The notes beneath the pieces were generated by a model. That model was given only the letters and a program-made list of their open reading frames with translations, ran no database searches and was not told where the DNA came from. Both the position numbers and the translations under genes were made by a program. Source: Azolla caroliniana (Eukaryota; Plantae; Polypodiophyta). From it: a stretch of DNA of 64,000 bases. The stretch spans positions 4,588,001-4,652,000 of the forward strand of contig JBHGNT010000015.1 of NCBI GenBank assembly GCA_043228905.1, read 5' to 3'. Of this stretch, positions 1-10,639 are shown one piece after another (positions within the stretch are counted from its first letter, which is position 1; every line of letters begins with the position of its first letter).

Positions 1-30
1 TGTCAGAAGTTTGCATTCCCTCATCACAGC
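1..30 (-). ncRNA. Box C/D snoRNA, snoR1-like, 5' part only (cut by the window edge)
   Basis: Minus strand reads GCT-GTGATGA-GGGAATGCAAACTTCTGACA, paralogous to the complete copy at 5195-5290. Confidence 0.7.
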
Positions 31-90
31 AGCAGAGACACAGAGCAAAAGGAACAGTGGCAACTAATTGAGGTGAATTTATGTAAAACA

Positions 91-175
91 TCTCTGTCAG
101 TAAAAAATTAGAGTGTTAAATGATTTTTGCTCAATCATGAAGATCATGAGTTATAAAGGTATCTTCATCCAGAGA
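91..175 (-). ncRNA. Candidate box C/D snoRNA with an 18S rRNA guide
   Basis: 6-bp terminal stem TCTCTG/CAGAGA, variant box C ATGAAGA (168-162), box D CTGA (100-97). The guide is complementary to AAAAAATTAGAGTG, a conserved 18S rRNA segment as I recall it. Lies between two recognisable snoRNAs. Confidence 0.6.
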
Positions 176-286
176 CAGAGGAAAAGGAATACAGGTCCAC
201 AGATTAGAGTACGATAATGAGACGAAACCACTGTATAGAGACATAATTCTGAAATTTTGGCAAGGGGCGAGACGCAGAGATACTGG

Positions 287-378
287 GGCCTCAGAGTGTG
301 TAACAATAAGAATTAGTCGCATCACCAGCTCTGTGGAGCCTCAGCGAAATCCGCTAAATTTGTTTCTCATCAAAGAGC
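287..378 (-). ncRNA. Box C/D snoRNA, snoR22-like double guide for 25S rRNA
   Basis: Box C TGATGA (372-367), D' CTGA (344-341), C'-like TGATG, D CTGA (294-291). Guides are complementary to CGAAATCCGCTAA and GAGTGTGTAACAA, adjacent segments of 25S rRNA. The D+5 rule gives an Am and a Um 15 nt apart. A degenerate duplicate of the 5' half follows at ~375-410. Confidence 0.85.
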
Positions 379-508
379 CTCAGTGAAATCTGCTAAAATT
401 GTTTCTCAGACTTCAGCCATAACCGAAAAAAAATGCAAGGATACAATCAAGCTTAACAATTGCTGTTAATAAAGCATCAGTTTCTAGGTCCCTCTTCCAG
501 CTCTGATA

Positions 509-731
509 TTAGGGTTTGCAGGTTGACTGAATGGAAGCTACCATGGAAATCAAAACGTCTGCCAGTCGATCACATCTCCACCTCTGCAGCTCTTCTGTCT
601 CTTTATAAACATCTCGAAACCCTAGCTTTGTCATTCCCCTTTCACACTTGTCCGGACACCGCCTGCGATCTTCGCGGATTAAGACCCCTTTTTTTCTTTT
701 TAAGTGTTTTAGCACAACCCCTAACCCTAAT
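509..731 (-). promoter_or_regulatory. Putative promoter of snoRNA cluster 1 (telo-boxes plus TATA)
   Basis: TTAGGGTTT at 509-517, TTTATAAA at 602-609, AAACCCTA at 617-624, AACCCTAA at ~723-730. The motif CACTTGTCCGGACAC is shared with the region upstream of cluster 2 (~5785-5799). Confidence 0.5.
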
Positions 732-864
732 ATCACCACGAATCGGGTATTGTCCGAATTCCCCGTGACCGCTTCAAACCATACAAGGGAAGGAACCAAC
801 ACCACATGTGGTTCAGATATGTTGGAATTAATGAATTGTGTCTAAACTTGAAGCAGTAATGCGA

Positions 865-1504
865 TGTCGTGGAACAAACCGGCCATAGGAGGAAATGGGA
901 GCCCTAGCGCGTGAACGGGGGTCTTACACGGATACGCACCAATTTAAGTTAATGTACATTATATAAGAATAGGTCGGCGTGATGTAAATATAAACATATT
1001 AATAGGATTAGCAAATCAAGGCGTATCTATGTCCGAAGGGACAAAGAATAAAAGGTGATGTAACTAGGATGTAACGGCCCACCCTCATCGGCCTATAAAA
1101 AGGGGGAAAGAAAGACGGAGAGCGGAGGGCATTTTTGGAGGAGGAGGAAGTGTTGTCGGACTAGGAACCGAGCACTGTTTCATCTCTGTTGTAATCTCTA
1201 CAGGCTTCTTGGTTGGTTGCCTCTGCTTGCGTGGGAAGCTCGTGTGCTTTCGGCAAGGCCCCACTGTGTATCCCTAGGTGTGTGTGTGTATGTGTGAGTG
1301 TATTTGGTTGGTCGTCGGCGCGCCGGTTGTAATCTCAACAAGGTTGTAATCACTAACTAGTAGTAATTGGTTCTTCTTGAGTTGCATTTCCCTGGTTCTT
1401 GTCATTCCATCTCTTCTCTTCTCCCTCTTCTTTCGCTCACTCCTCGGTTCAGGGCCCCCGCGGTCTCGCCTTAGTTTCCTATGCGCACACGTAACAACAC
1501 GACA
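865..1504 (+). mobile_element. Solo LTR
   Basis: Termini TGTCGT...ACGACA and an internal TATAAAA at ~1095. Flanks GCGA/ACGA resemble a 4-bp TSD with one mismatch. No internal coding region. Confidence 0.65.
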
Positions 1505-1561
1505 ACGATTTAATGTCAATTATACGTTTGAGAACCAATGGAGCCAGACTGATACTCCATT

Positions 1562-1775
1562 ATGGGAGCATGAGATCGATTATATTTGATGCTCGCATGG
1601 TCTAGAAGTGTTGATTTTATGATGTGGAAGTGTAAGGTTGCATTTATTCCTTCAAATGATGGAATGCATGTGGGTATGAGATCGATCATATTTGATGCTC
1701 GTGTGGTCTATAAGTGTTGCTTATATGGAGTGGAAGTGTAAGCTAGCATTTATCCCATCAGAGGATGGAATGCAA
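1562..1775. repeat. Diverged two-copy tandem duplication (~105 bp)
   Basis: ATGAGATCGAT...TTTGATGCTCG...GTGGAAGTGTAA...GCATTTAT...GATGGAATGCA occurs twice. Confidence 0.6.
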
Positions 1776-1899
1776 CTAAGGAATTTCATAAATTGTACTT
1801 ATGCAAACAGTTGGGAGATAAGACCTCTATGTCCCGATAAGAAAAATATGTGCTCGGCCTGTACAAGGTACAAATAACTAATAAGATCCAAATAATGGT

Positions 1900-4468
1900 T
1901 CCAAAATATGAGAGGGCTTGAGCGACTTGATTATTCAAGAGTGGTATGGACGACTCAAGACACCCAATCCAACAATTCGAAAGATGTGCCTTTCCGCCAT
2001 TCTACTAAAAAGGGGTACATGAGGAACATCTTGCGTATCCCAAGGATCATGAAAAATCTTCTCTTGGCTGGACAAATTCTCGAGCAAGGAATGCAAGTTC
2101 TATTCAACCGAGGAGGTTGCTTCATTGACGACAAAGTTCAACTTATTGCTTGTGGACATAGAGAAGGTCGAATGTTCATCCTCAACACAAATAAGATCAA
2201 ATTAACCATGTACTCAAGATCAAGTCTGACATCGACTTGTGGCAATGAAGAATCAGCCACATTAACCTTCAAAAAAATCGGGCAATGCAACTAAAAGGAG
2301 TAGTCAATGGTTTGCCAAAGTTCGACTTGAAGAAGGTCGATTGAGTATGCCAGACATGCCAACTAAGAAAAGAAAAAAGCCTTACCTTCCCAAATGAGTG
2401 AAATCTAACTAACGACTTACTCGACATGATCCACTCAAATGAATTGGTCAATTCCATGCTTAGAATCCAATGGAGGAATAGAATAGTTTGTAGAGAAGTT
2501 CACAATAGACCTACAAAATGAAGGCATATGTCGAGAATTCACTCGTGAGTTGTTGGCACACACCTCAACAAAACAAAGTTGCACAAAAAGAACATGCAAA
2601 GGCAATATGCACAATCATCTATTTAATGAATTGATCCATGATGGAGGGAGTTAATGATGTATCCCTACATGAGAAGTACTTTAGGAAAAAACAGAATCTT
2701 TCGCACATCAAGGTCTTTGGCATCATCGCATACATCCATGTACCCGATGAGAAGAGACAAAAGTTTCTTGACCCAAAATCGAATAAGTGCATCTTCATCA
2801 GATACTTGTTCGAACGAAAAGGGTACAAGTGCTTCAACCCCATGACTAGTCAAGCTCAAGCTATTTGAGGTGTAATTTTTCAACGAGACAACATCATGGT
2901 ATAGAGTAACCACATTGACACACGACATGCCAAAAACATCTGACTCCAATTCAGACAATAGAGAATGATCACTACAACTAAGTGCACTAGAATCATTGTC
3001 GAGTCATCAAAGCCTGACTTGGAATGAAAAAGACTAGAACAAGGTATCATCATGAACCCAAGTTGATAAACGAAAGGCAAATCAAAGATGCTCAAATATG
3101 AAAATTGGGAATATGGCCTTCAATAATAGTGATTCCAAAAACTCACCCTGAACGATAAAGAGAGTTTTGTGAACCCAACACATAGATGCCAGGAGTTAAG
3201 AAAGCCCTTGAATCAATAAACCAAAAGCTTCACTAAACAACTTGGCAAAAGAATCTGATCGTGAGGTTCATTATCATTATAGGAACTTTTCCCATCTTCT
3301 AAGCAAGAGAAGGCAATTGATTGCCCACAGGTATACAAAATCAAGTACATTGTTGATGGCACTATCAAACTTGTAGGAAAAGGCTATGCTCAAATGCATG
3401 GGATCGACTACATGCTAAAACATGTTGTCAAGAGTACTTTTCACAGGGGATGGTAGAAGAAGTCTACATGTAGTATACCGATTGAAAATGTCCCTCAATA
3501 GCTTGAAACAAGCTTCAAGGGCGTGGCACTCGAAGATTCATAGTCAAACAACTCATTGTGTGTTCAAAATATTGAACAAGGCCCGCTTTTTACAATCTCG
3601 TATGTTAGACGATCTCGTCCTAAGACGAGAGAGCCTCGAAGACATCAAGTAACACAACTTTCCAACAAGTTTGGAATGAAGGATATGGACAAGGTCCATT
3701 ACCTTCCTATGAATTTAAGTCTTCCAAACACCTGACAAGATCTTACTAACACAACACAATTACATTCTGGGCCTATTGTTCAAATTTAACATGGCCAAAT
3801 GTAAGCCCATCTCGACCCCTCTTGATCACTACTTAAAGTAGAACAAAAACTTTATCTACAAGACTACACAATATAGTCAAATAATTGGGAGACTCATGTA
3901 CTTCCCTATCATTAGAACCAATCTACGCTAAGCTGAGCCACTTAAATAGTTCAAAACAAGTATTGTGATACAATAACAACACCCTCAATCATGACTCTTC
4001 TACCAAAAGAATGATGTTATTTTAAACTCAAAGGATTACAAATTCAAATTGGCCTGGAAACACTACAAGCCACAAATCAACATCCAAGTTCTCATCCAAT
4101 AGCAAGGCACAACCTACATTGTACTCTAGGGGTGCACCTATTGCAGCATGTGAAGCCACTTGGCTCAAAAGACTACTAAACAATTAGAATAAATACAATG
4201 TTTCACGCTTGGGCCAATCTTTCTTTCTTCCTATTGACAGCTCTCAAAGAGCTTCACCAATGCATGCTCAATCTGCCAAACTAAAGAAGCATTGAGAAAA
4301 CATGCTTGACCTATTGCGCTTGAAAGGGAGTGATAAAGCTTCACCAAATGCAGTGTGATTGGTGCATTTCAACAAATGTAATATAATGGTCACATTGGCT
4401 CAATGTAATGTGATGACTTCTTGTGCGTGCTATTTTCTTTCCCCGTATTGTGAGTGTTTTTACTAACA
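1900..4468 (+). mobile_element. Highly decayed Ty1/Copia relic
   Basis: Fragments resemble the other Copia copies in the window (GHREGRMFIL, LSHIKVFGIIAYIHVPDEKR, SLNSLKQASRAWH). PPT-like TTGAAGGGAG at ~4320 is followed by TG. Boundaries approximate. Confidence 0.75.
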
Positions 4469-4918
4469 AATTCTTCTGAATGTTTAAAACCCACATCAAG
4501 TTTAGTTGAATAATGTTATAGAGACGGTTTATTGTTGGTCCTTATTGTCACAAGGCAACCATCCAAAAGGCAACTTCTATAATGACTTGCACAATTCGGT
4601 ATTTCCTGTCGCCAACTGTAAGAAAGCCTGAATGACTATTGAATTTCTGTTTAACCTAACATATAGTCCTTTGTCCCCAGTGCCCACATAATAAAATTCG
4701 TAGAGCTTGACAGAGTTCTAGACCATACCTCACACCGTTAACCTAATGACTACAGGAAAGCAATACTGCATTGCCAAAAATGATCTTGTTTGGAATTAGC
4801 CATGGAAGCTAGTTCGTTCCTCTTCCTCAAACTATATTTCTGTAATAATAATAATACGGCACACATTATCAGTCATCTTGCTAATGTGTAATTCTCTCAG
4901 TGTCTTATGGTTTTCTGA

Positions 4919-5195
4919 TGTCCACATGTGAAGAGTTTCCTAGGTCTTCGATACCATTAGATCAAAACTGAAACTGATGGCTACAGATGGGAGACAAATT
5001 CATAAGGTACATTCCACGCCTAATGTCTAGAGATCACATATTGCGTAATGTCTTATATTTGTCTCATGTACACATGTGAAGAGCTTCCCTGGTCTATAAT
5101 CCCATCAGAGCAGAACTGAGATTCATGACTACACATTGGAGATTAAATTTATCAGGTACATTCTACACCTAATAGCTACAGATCCCATATTGTGT
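4919..5195 (-). repeat. Two diverged ~145-bp tandem units, possibly H/ACA snoRNAs
   Basis: CACATGTGAAGAG...GGTACATT...AGATC(A/C)CATATTG occurs twice, directly downstream of the snoR1-like gene. ACA triplets lie near the minus-strand 3' ends. Folding not verified. Confidence 0.35.
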
Positions 5196-5290
5196 GCTCA
5201 GATAGATGCATCTACGTTCACAGAGGAGGACTTTCAAGGGAACTCCCCTCATACAAGAGGTGTCAGAAATCTGCAATCACTCATCATAGC
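5195..5290 (-). ncRNA. Box C/D snoRNA, snoR1-like (25S Gm guide)
   Basis: Box C ATGATGA (5287-5281). Guide TTTCTGACACCTCT is complementary to 25S AGAGGTGTCAGAAA and is followed by D'-like ATGA, an internal GGGGAG/CTCCTC stem and box D CTGA (5201-5198). Confidence 0.8.
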
Positions 5291-5497
5291 AACAAAAATA
5301 CTTGTTCTTAAAACATCTATCAAAGATATTTCAAAACCCGGAGAATTCCAAGTTCTCAACTCATCTTCAAATGTGGAAATAGTCGGAAACCCTAACAAAC
5401 AAACAGCTATTATTTAGCGGCAGCGGACAAAGACTGCAAACACAAGTAATGAACCTATGATGAAACCACATATCAATCTGCAACGTGATGGGCAGAC

Positions 5498-5594
5498 AAG
5501 GCCTCAGAGTGTGTAACAATAGAATCTGTAACATCACCAGCTCTATGAGGAGCATCAGCGAAATCCGCTAAATTTGTGTGTCATCATGGGCCTT
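5498..5594 (-). ncRNA. Box C/D snoRNA, snoR22-like, second copy
   Basis: Perfect terminal stem AAGGCC/GGCCTT, box C ATGATGA, D' CTGA (5558-5555), D CTGA (5507-5504). Both guides are identical to the copy at 287-378 while the spacers have diverged. Confidence 0.88.
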
Positions 5595-7510
5595 CTCCCA
5601 TACAACGCCATTAAAGCTTTACAGACGACGATAGCCCTGATTGACATACTACATTACTGCATTGCAAGAATCAGTATGCCCAGATTGGTCCTCGGGCAAT
5701 TGGAATCACGACCTCTACCTTGGAGGCAGAGTGATCGGATTGGCTTTATATAGCACATTAGCCCTAACTCGTACTCAGGTTTCCCACTTGTCCGGACACA
5801 AACTCTCTAGATGAACTTAGCTTTCACAAAGACACACACATTGCCCTAATATAAGTCCCGGGAGTATCTAAGTATCACTGTTCTAATACAATCCTCTATA
5901 TATGCCTTCTTTGATCACGTCTGACTTATGCTTTTCACACATCTTCGACCAAAACCCAATCCTTGCACGAATTTCTCCCGCGGTCATGATGTGCACTCTC
6001 GATCGTGGCATTCCATTTGAAAAATTTGTGAACAACAACAGTTGCTACTCACTTTCACATGTTATACAATAATAAAATCTCTCTCTTTGCAAGCAACAAC
6101 AAAATGTGAAAGAAATCCTTTCCTATGTGCATCGGCCCTTCGTTGTGCTCTTGCTTCGAGATTACATCTAGGGGATGATAGCAATGACAAGGTAAGTTCA
6201 TTTGGTTCTATTCCATCCTCTCGCATTTTCCTATAACGAAACAACACCCTAAAAATTGTGTTCACACAAGTCTAAGAAACACAAGCTCTGTTTCTCAAAT
6301 ATTACCACATTTGGCATGTGTTCTTATGATCAAGTTTTGAACAATGACTTTAAAAACAAACCCATTCCGCTTGTCTGCATTGTAAAATCATTTTGCCCAA
6401 TTTGCAATGTTAAGTTAATAGGTAGTTGCCTTTCTCGCGCGATGTGAGATAATGTATTCGGTCATGAATGAATCAAGTGACAAATTATGTACGTTTTGCC
6501 TCAAACAAGTCAAGTCTTTATATCACACTCTACTGTAATGTTCCACCTCCTATCGCATTCAAGCTTGCTTTCCCCACATTTTTTAGTCGAACCTTTTCCT
6601 ATGTACATTTCTCTCTTTGTCATCATTTGCACTCATGATTGGAGCATTCATTACTAAAAGTCTTGACCATCAAGAGCCACTTACCAACTCACATACTACA
6701 TGATGCTTAATCCTAGTTCTATAAGTCATTCATTGTTTGAGGATATGATTATAAAATTCATTAGCCTAAATAATTTGCTTCATAGTTGAACCTTGTCACC
6801 ATTCAAAGGAAATTAACAAATAAATCAATATTGTGCTCATATACATTTAGGCTGAGGTGTCTGTCAAATCACTTGTGTATGTTCAAATTGACACAGGACA
6901 GATCCCCTAAGCATAACTCATCGACTGAAATCAATTGAGCATATCGATAGAAGGAACTAAACAAAACCTCTGAAATAACCCACAGGTAAGGTACATTGAA
7001 ACCCAAAGGGATTGGGAGAAATAGATAACTTGGGTATGTCAGAGTTTTTCCCTAGACATTGTTTGGATTACAGCATATGAGATGTCATTATAGTAGAACA
7101 AGAAGTTAAATTCCGCTAAATCCTGATGCCTTTCATGTTACACAGTTTAAACTACAAAACGAAATCAATTGTGAAACCATGGCTACAATGGACTTTTGCC
7201 ATATAAATTCCTTTTTTATACCAGTTCAAAAATAAAATTCTGCAACACAAAAAGTGTTTGCATAAGAGTATATGAGAGGTAATTATTTAACACAAGTTAC
7301 ACCCCTCTAAATCCTGATGCTTTTCCGAGTTACACTGTGTCTACCAGAAGCTTTGCTCAAACCCTACATATGCACTTCCAGCACAAGCAAAAACTTTAGT
7401 CATTTGATAGAAGTCATGAAGGCATAATAAGAAATAAGGTATTAAAATATGAAAAATGTTGCAGAAGAATAAAGTAAATATCTCATATTTCGCCATAAAC
7501 CTGTTGTGCT

Positions 7511-8641
7511 TATAAAATAGAAATTCAAAAACTAGGCTTAGCAAGAATGATGAACTTACAAACTTGTGGATTTGTTTTTAAGGCCAGTATATTAACAACA
7601 AACTCAGGTTCGGGAGGATTGAGCGAAATGCAAATATATGTACATAACAAAAATTACTACACAAGCATGTGCTTCTGTATTATGCATGATTTGAATGTCA
7701 TGTTGCATGATAAATACAACATGACGTAAACCTGTAGTCCTTATAAAGTGGAAATTCAAAAACTCAGCTTAGCAAGAATGATGAACTTGCAAACTTGTAG
7801 ATTTGTTTTTAAGGCCAGTATAAATATGACAAACTCAGGTTAGGGAGGATTGAGAGAAATGCAAATATATGTACATAACAAAAATTACTACACAAGCATG
7901 TGCTTCTGTATTATGCATGATTTGAATGTCATGTTGCGTGATAAATACAACATGACGCAAACCTGTAGTCCTTATAAAGTGGAAATTCAAAAACTCAGCT
8001 TAGAAAGAATGATGAACTTGCAAACTTGTAGATTTGTTTTTAAGGCCAGTATAAATATGACAAACTCAGATTAGGGAGGATTTAGAGAAATGCAAATATA
8101 TGTACATAACAAAAATTACTACACAAGCATGTGCTTCTGTATTATGCATGATTTGAATGTCATGTTGCATGATAAATACAACATGACGTAAACCTGTAGT
8201 CCTTATAAAGTGGAAATTCAAAAACTCAGCTTAGCAAGAATGATGAACTTGCAAACTTGTAGATTTGTTTTTAAGGCCAGTATAAATATGACAAATTCAG
8301 GTTAGGGAGGATTGAGAGAAATGCAAATATATGTACATAACAAAAATTACTACACAAGCATGTGCTTCTGTATTATGCATGATTTGAATGTCATGTTGCG
8401 TGATAAATACAACATGACGCAAACCTGTAGTCCTTATAAAGTGGAAATTCAAAAACTCAGCTTAGCAAGAATGATGAACTTGCAAACTTGTAGATTTGTT
8501 TTTAAGGCCAGTATACATATGACAAACTCAGGTTAGGGAGGATTGAGAGAAATGCAAATATATGTACATAACAAAAATTACTACACAAGCATGTGCTTCT
8601 GTATTATGCATGATTTGAATGTCATGTTGCGTGATAAATAC
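7511..8641. repeat. Tandem array, 231-bp unit, about 5 copies
   Basis: ATGATGAACTT recurs at 7547, 7778, 8009, 8240 and 8471; units are nearly identical. Confidence 0.95.
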
Positions 8642-10045
8642 ATTAAGTATTGTAAAGAAGCATGTTTGATAATAAAAAATTAACAAAGGAGGAAGCAGAA
8701 CTTGGCAGTGAAACTCAACACTAGGTGCAGATAACTATACCTCTATTACGTTTTGCAATATGAAAGTCCTCTAATAGTGAGAAAAGTTCATAAGATAAAG
8801 AAAGCAAAATTTGAATGTTTTTAATCCAATAAAGAAAGCCGGATTTGAGAGTCTAGGTTACATTGTGTATATTTACAGAACCATTTCAACAGTGATATTA
8901 TTTTGGTAGCTTTAGAAACTCCAGCTACTAGTGTATCGAAAAGAAATTATGTCCAATGGGTGTATATGCTATAAATAAAGAAATGAAATAACATGGAATA
9001 ATTGAATATAATCATGACAGAAATTGAAGTTTGGTTCTCCAGTTCAGATAAAAGCCTAAAATAAACGCTAAAATCAGTGCATGCAAACTGGCAAATTAAG
9101 CCATTGACAGATAAGGTGGTGTTCCTACTCGATGCATTGTGCCACTGATTGAGCCCAAAGCTACCACCTCTTCCTAAGTAAGACACAAATAATAAGGTAT
9201 ATTATATAAGTTATCAATTTCTCATTTATGCATAGACTGTTATTAAACAGCATTGTTTCATCATAATGCAATGTCATGTGAGCTTATAAGTTGTCCAAAA
9301 TAAAGTTGTATTCCATCTCCTGATTATTATAATCATGGCATGAATGAAGCTATCTTTTGCCCATGTGCAAATAAAATGTGAGTTCAATTTTGACATCAAT
9401 CACAACAGCAGAAAAAGATGCAGGAATTAGACAAAGATCAATGGAAACCTTGTAGAAAAAGTAACAATATGGTGATATAGGAAACAGCAGAACACGCAAA
9501 GCTGAACTGGCAACTTATACAGAATGGAAAAAAGCGTGAAGCTTTTGGCAATAACGCATAAAAAATGAGATATAATCTTTCTCAACAGCACAAAAGGATT
9601 GAAGCATTTCATCAGATTGAAAACAAAAAGAACTTAGAACAGAACGTCATAATAGACAATGGATCAGGAAAAACAAAAATCATTTGCTCACTTAGTTAGT
9701 AAAGAACGATTAATTCATATGGCATTAATTTTTTTCGTAGTTTTGCTTTGTTTTCAACGTTGTGATCTTATCTATTAAAAGATGGTAGCTTTTGCCAAAG
9801 TATCTACCAAATAAACTGAGATCTAATTTTTCTCTAAACAGAGCAAAAAGATGCATGCAATGCACAAAGATCAATGAAAACCTTTTGAACAAAACAAAGA
9901 AAAAAACTCTCGACTACTGCACAACGAATGTGATGTCAACAACATAACGATTCAAGAGAACTCTTGCAACGAATAAAGAACATGACCATACAATACCACA
10001 AAGAAACAGGAAGGTTGTTTGTCAAAATACCTGGATCTTTTTCAT

Positions 10046-10330
10046 TTAATGGCCACCGTGGTGGTCTTTGCCATGCTTAGCCTGTTCTTCGAGATGCGCA
10101 AGATGGCGGCGTTCGTGAGGCAAAGCTACGAAATAAGAGAAAACTCCAATGCCGATAAGTACGTGATGGAGAGGTTTGATGCTTCCCGTCTGCAAGTACT
10201 TCTTATTGTATTCATCAAAGAAGTCTGACACTGCTTTCTTCGCCTTCTCGCGATTTAGAAGAGGCTTGATATGATCAGGAACCTCTCGCACCTTCACGCC
10301 ACGTAGACTTTTGAGGAATTGCATCGCCAT
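10046..10330 (-). CDS. ATP17: Mitochondrial ATP synthase subunit f (plant ATP17 / At4g30010-like), 94 aa
   Basis: MAMQFLKSLRGVKVREVPDHIKP...YNKKYLQTGSIKPLHHVLIGIGVFSYFVALPHERRHL...HGGH matches the plant subunit f pattern (KY.QT.S..P..H, one TM segment, ALP.ERRHL, His-rich tail). ATG at 10330; coding part uninterrupted. Confidence 0.88.
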   Translation of the reverse strand: MAMQFLKSLRGVKVREVPDHIKPLLNREKAKKAVSDFFDEYNKKYLQTGSIKPLHHVLIGIGVFSYFVALPHERRHLAHLEEQAKHGKDHHGGH

Positions 10331-10382
10331 GGATTCTCTTTTCTCTGAGTGTGTATGGTTTCTGTGTGCAGGGATCACAGGG

Positions 10383-10560
10383 GGAACCCTAATCTCTTTC
10401 TCTGTGCGCGTCTGTATGCGTGCGGGTCTCTGTGCAGAGATCGCAGAGGAAACCCTAATCTCTGTCTCTGTCTCTCTGTGGTTTCTTCGCTGCAATCAAA
10501 TCTTAGTTTTATAATGTTTTAATTATGTCTCATGTTTAAAGAATTCACATATTTGGGCCC
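10383..10560 (-). promoter_or_regulatory. 5' UTR/promoter elements of the ATP17-like gene
   Basis: Two telo-box-containing repeats GGA(A)ACCCTAATCTCT (~10383 and ~10448), GA-rich tracts, and site-II motif TGGGCCC at ~10554. Confidence 0.55.
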
Positions 10561-10639
10561 CTTCCCAAAATGACCAAAACGATATATATATACGTAGATT
10601 GACCCATGCTCGATATTCGTGAAATTCGGGTTTACAAAA

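Noticed and set aside
509-805. 98-aa ORF as a host gene
   Set aside because: No recognisable protein features, and it overlaps the putative snoRNA promoter.
5850-6950. Possible DNA transposon or gene relic
   Set aside because: No recognisable motif, terminal repeats or open frame; left unassigned.
7547-7620. ATGATGA in each 231-bp unit as box C of a snoRNA array
   Set aside because: No box D CTGA at a suitable distance, no terminal stem and no recognisable rRNA guide.
7511-8641. Tandem array as a CRISPR array or coding repeat
   Set aside because: No unique spacers; the short ORFs contain stops; eukaryotic context.
10331-10495. 55-aa N-terminal extension of the ATP17-like ORF
   Set aside because: Non-ATG start and GA/telo-box-rich UTR-like sequence; similarity begins at MAMQ.
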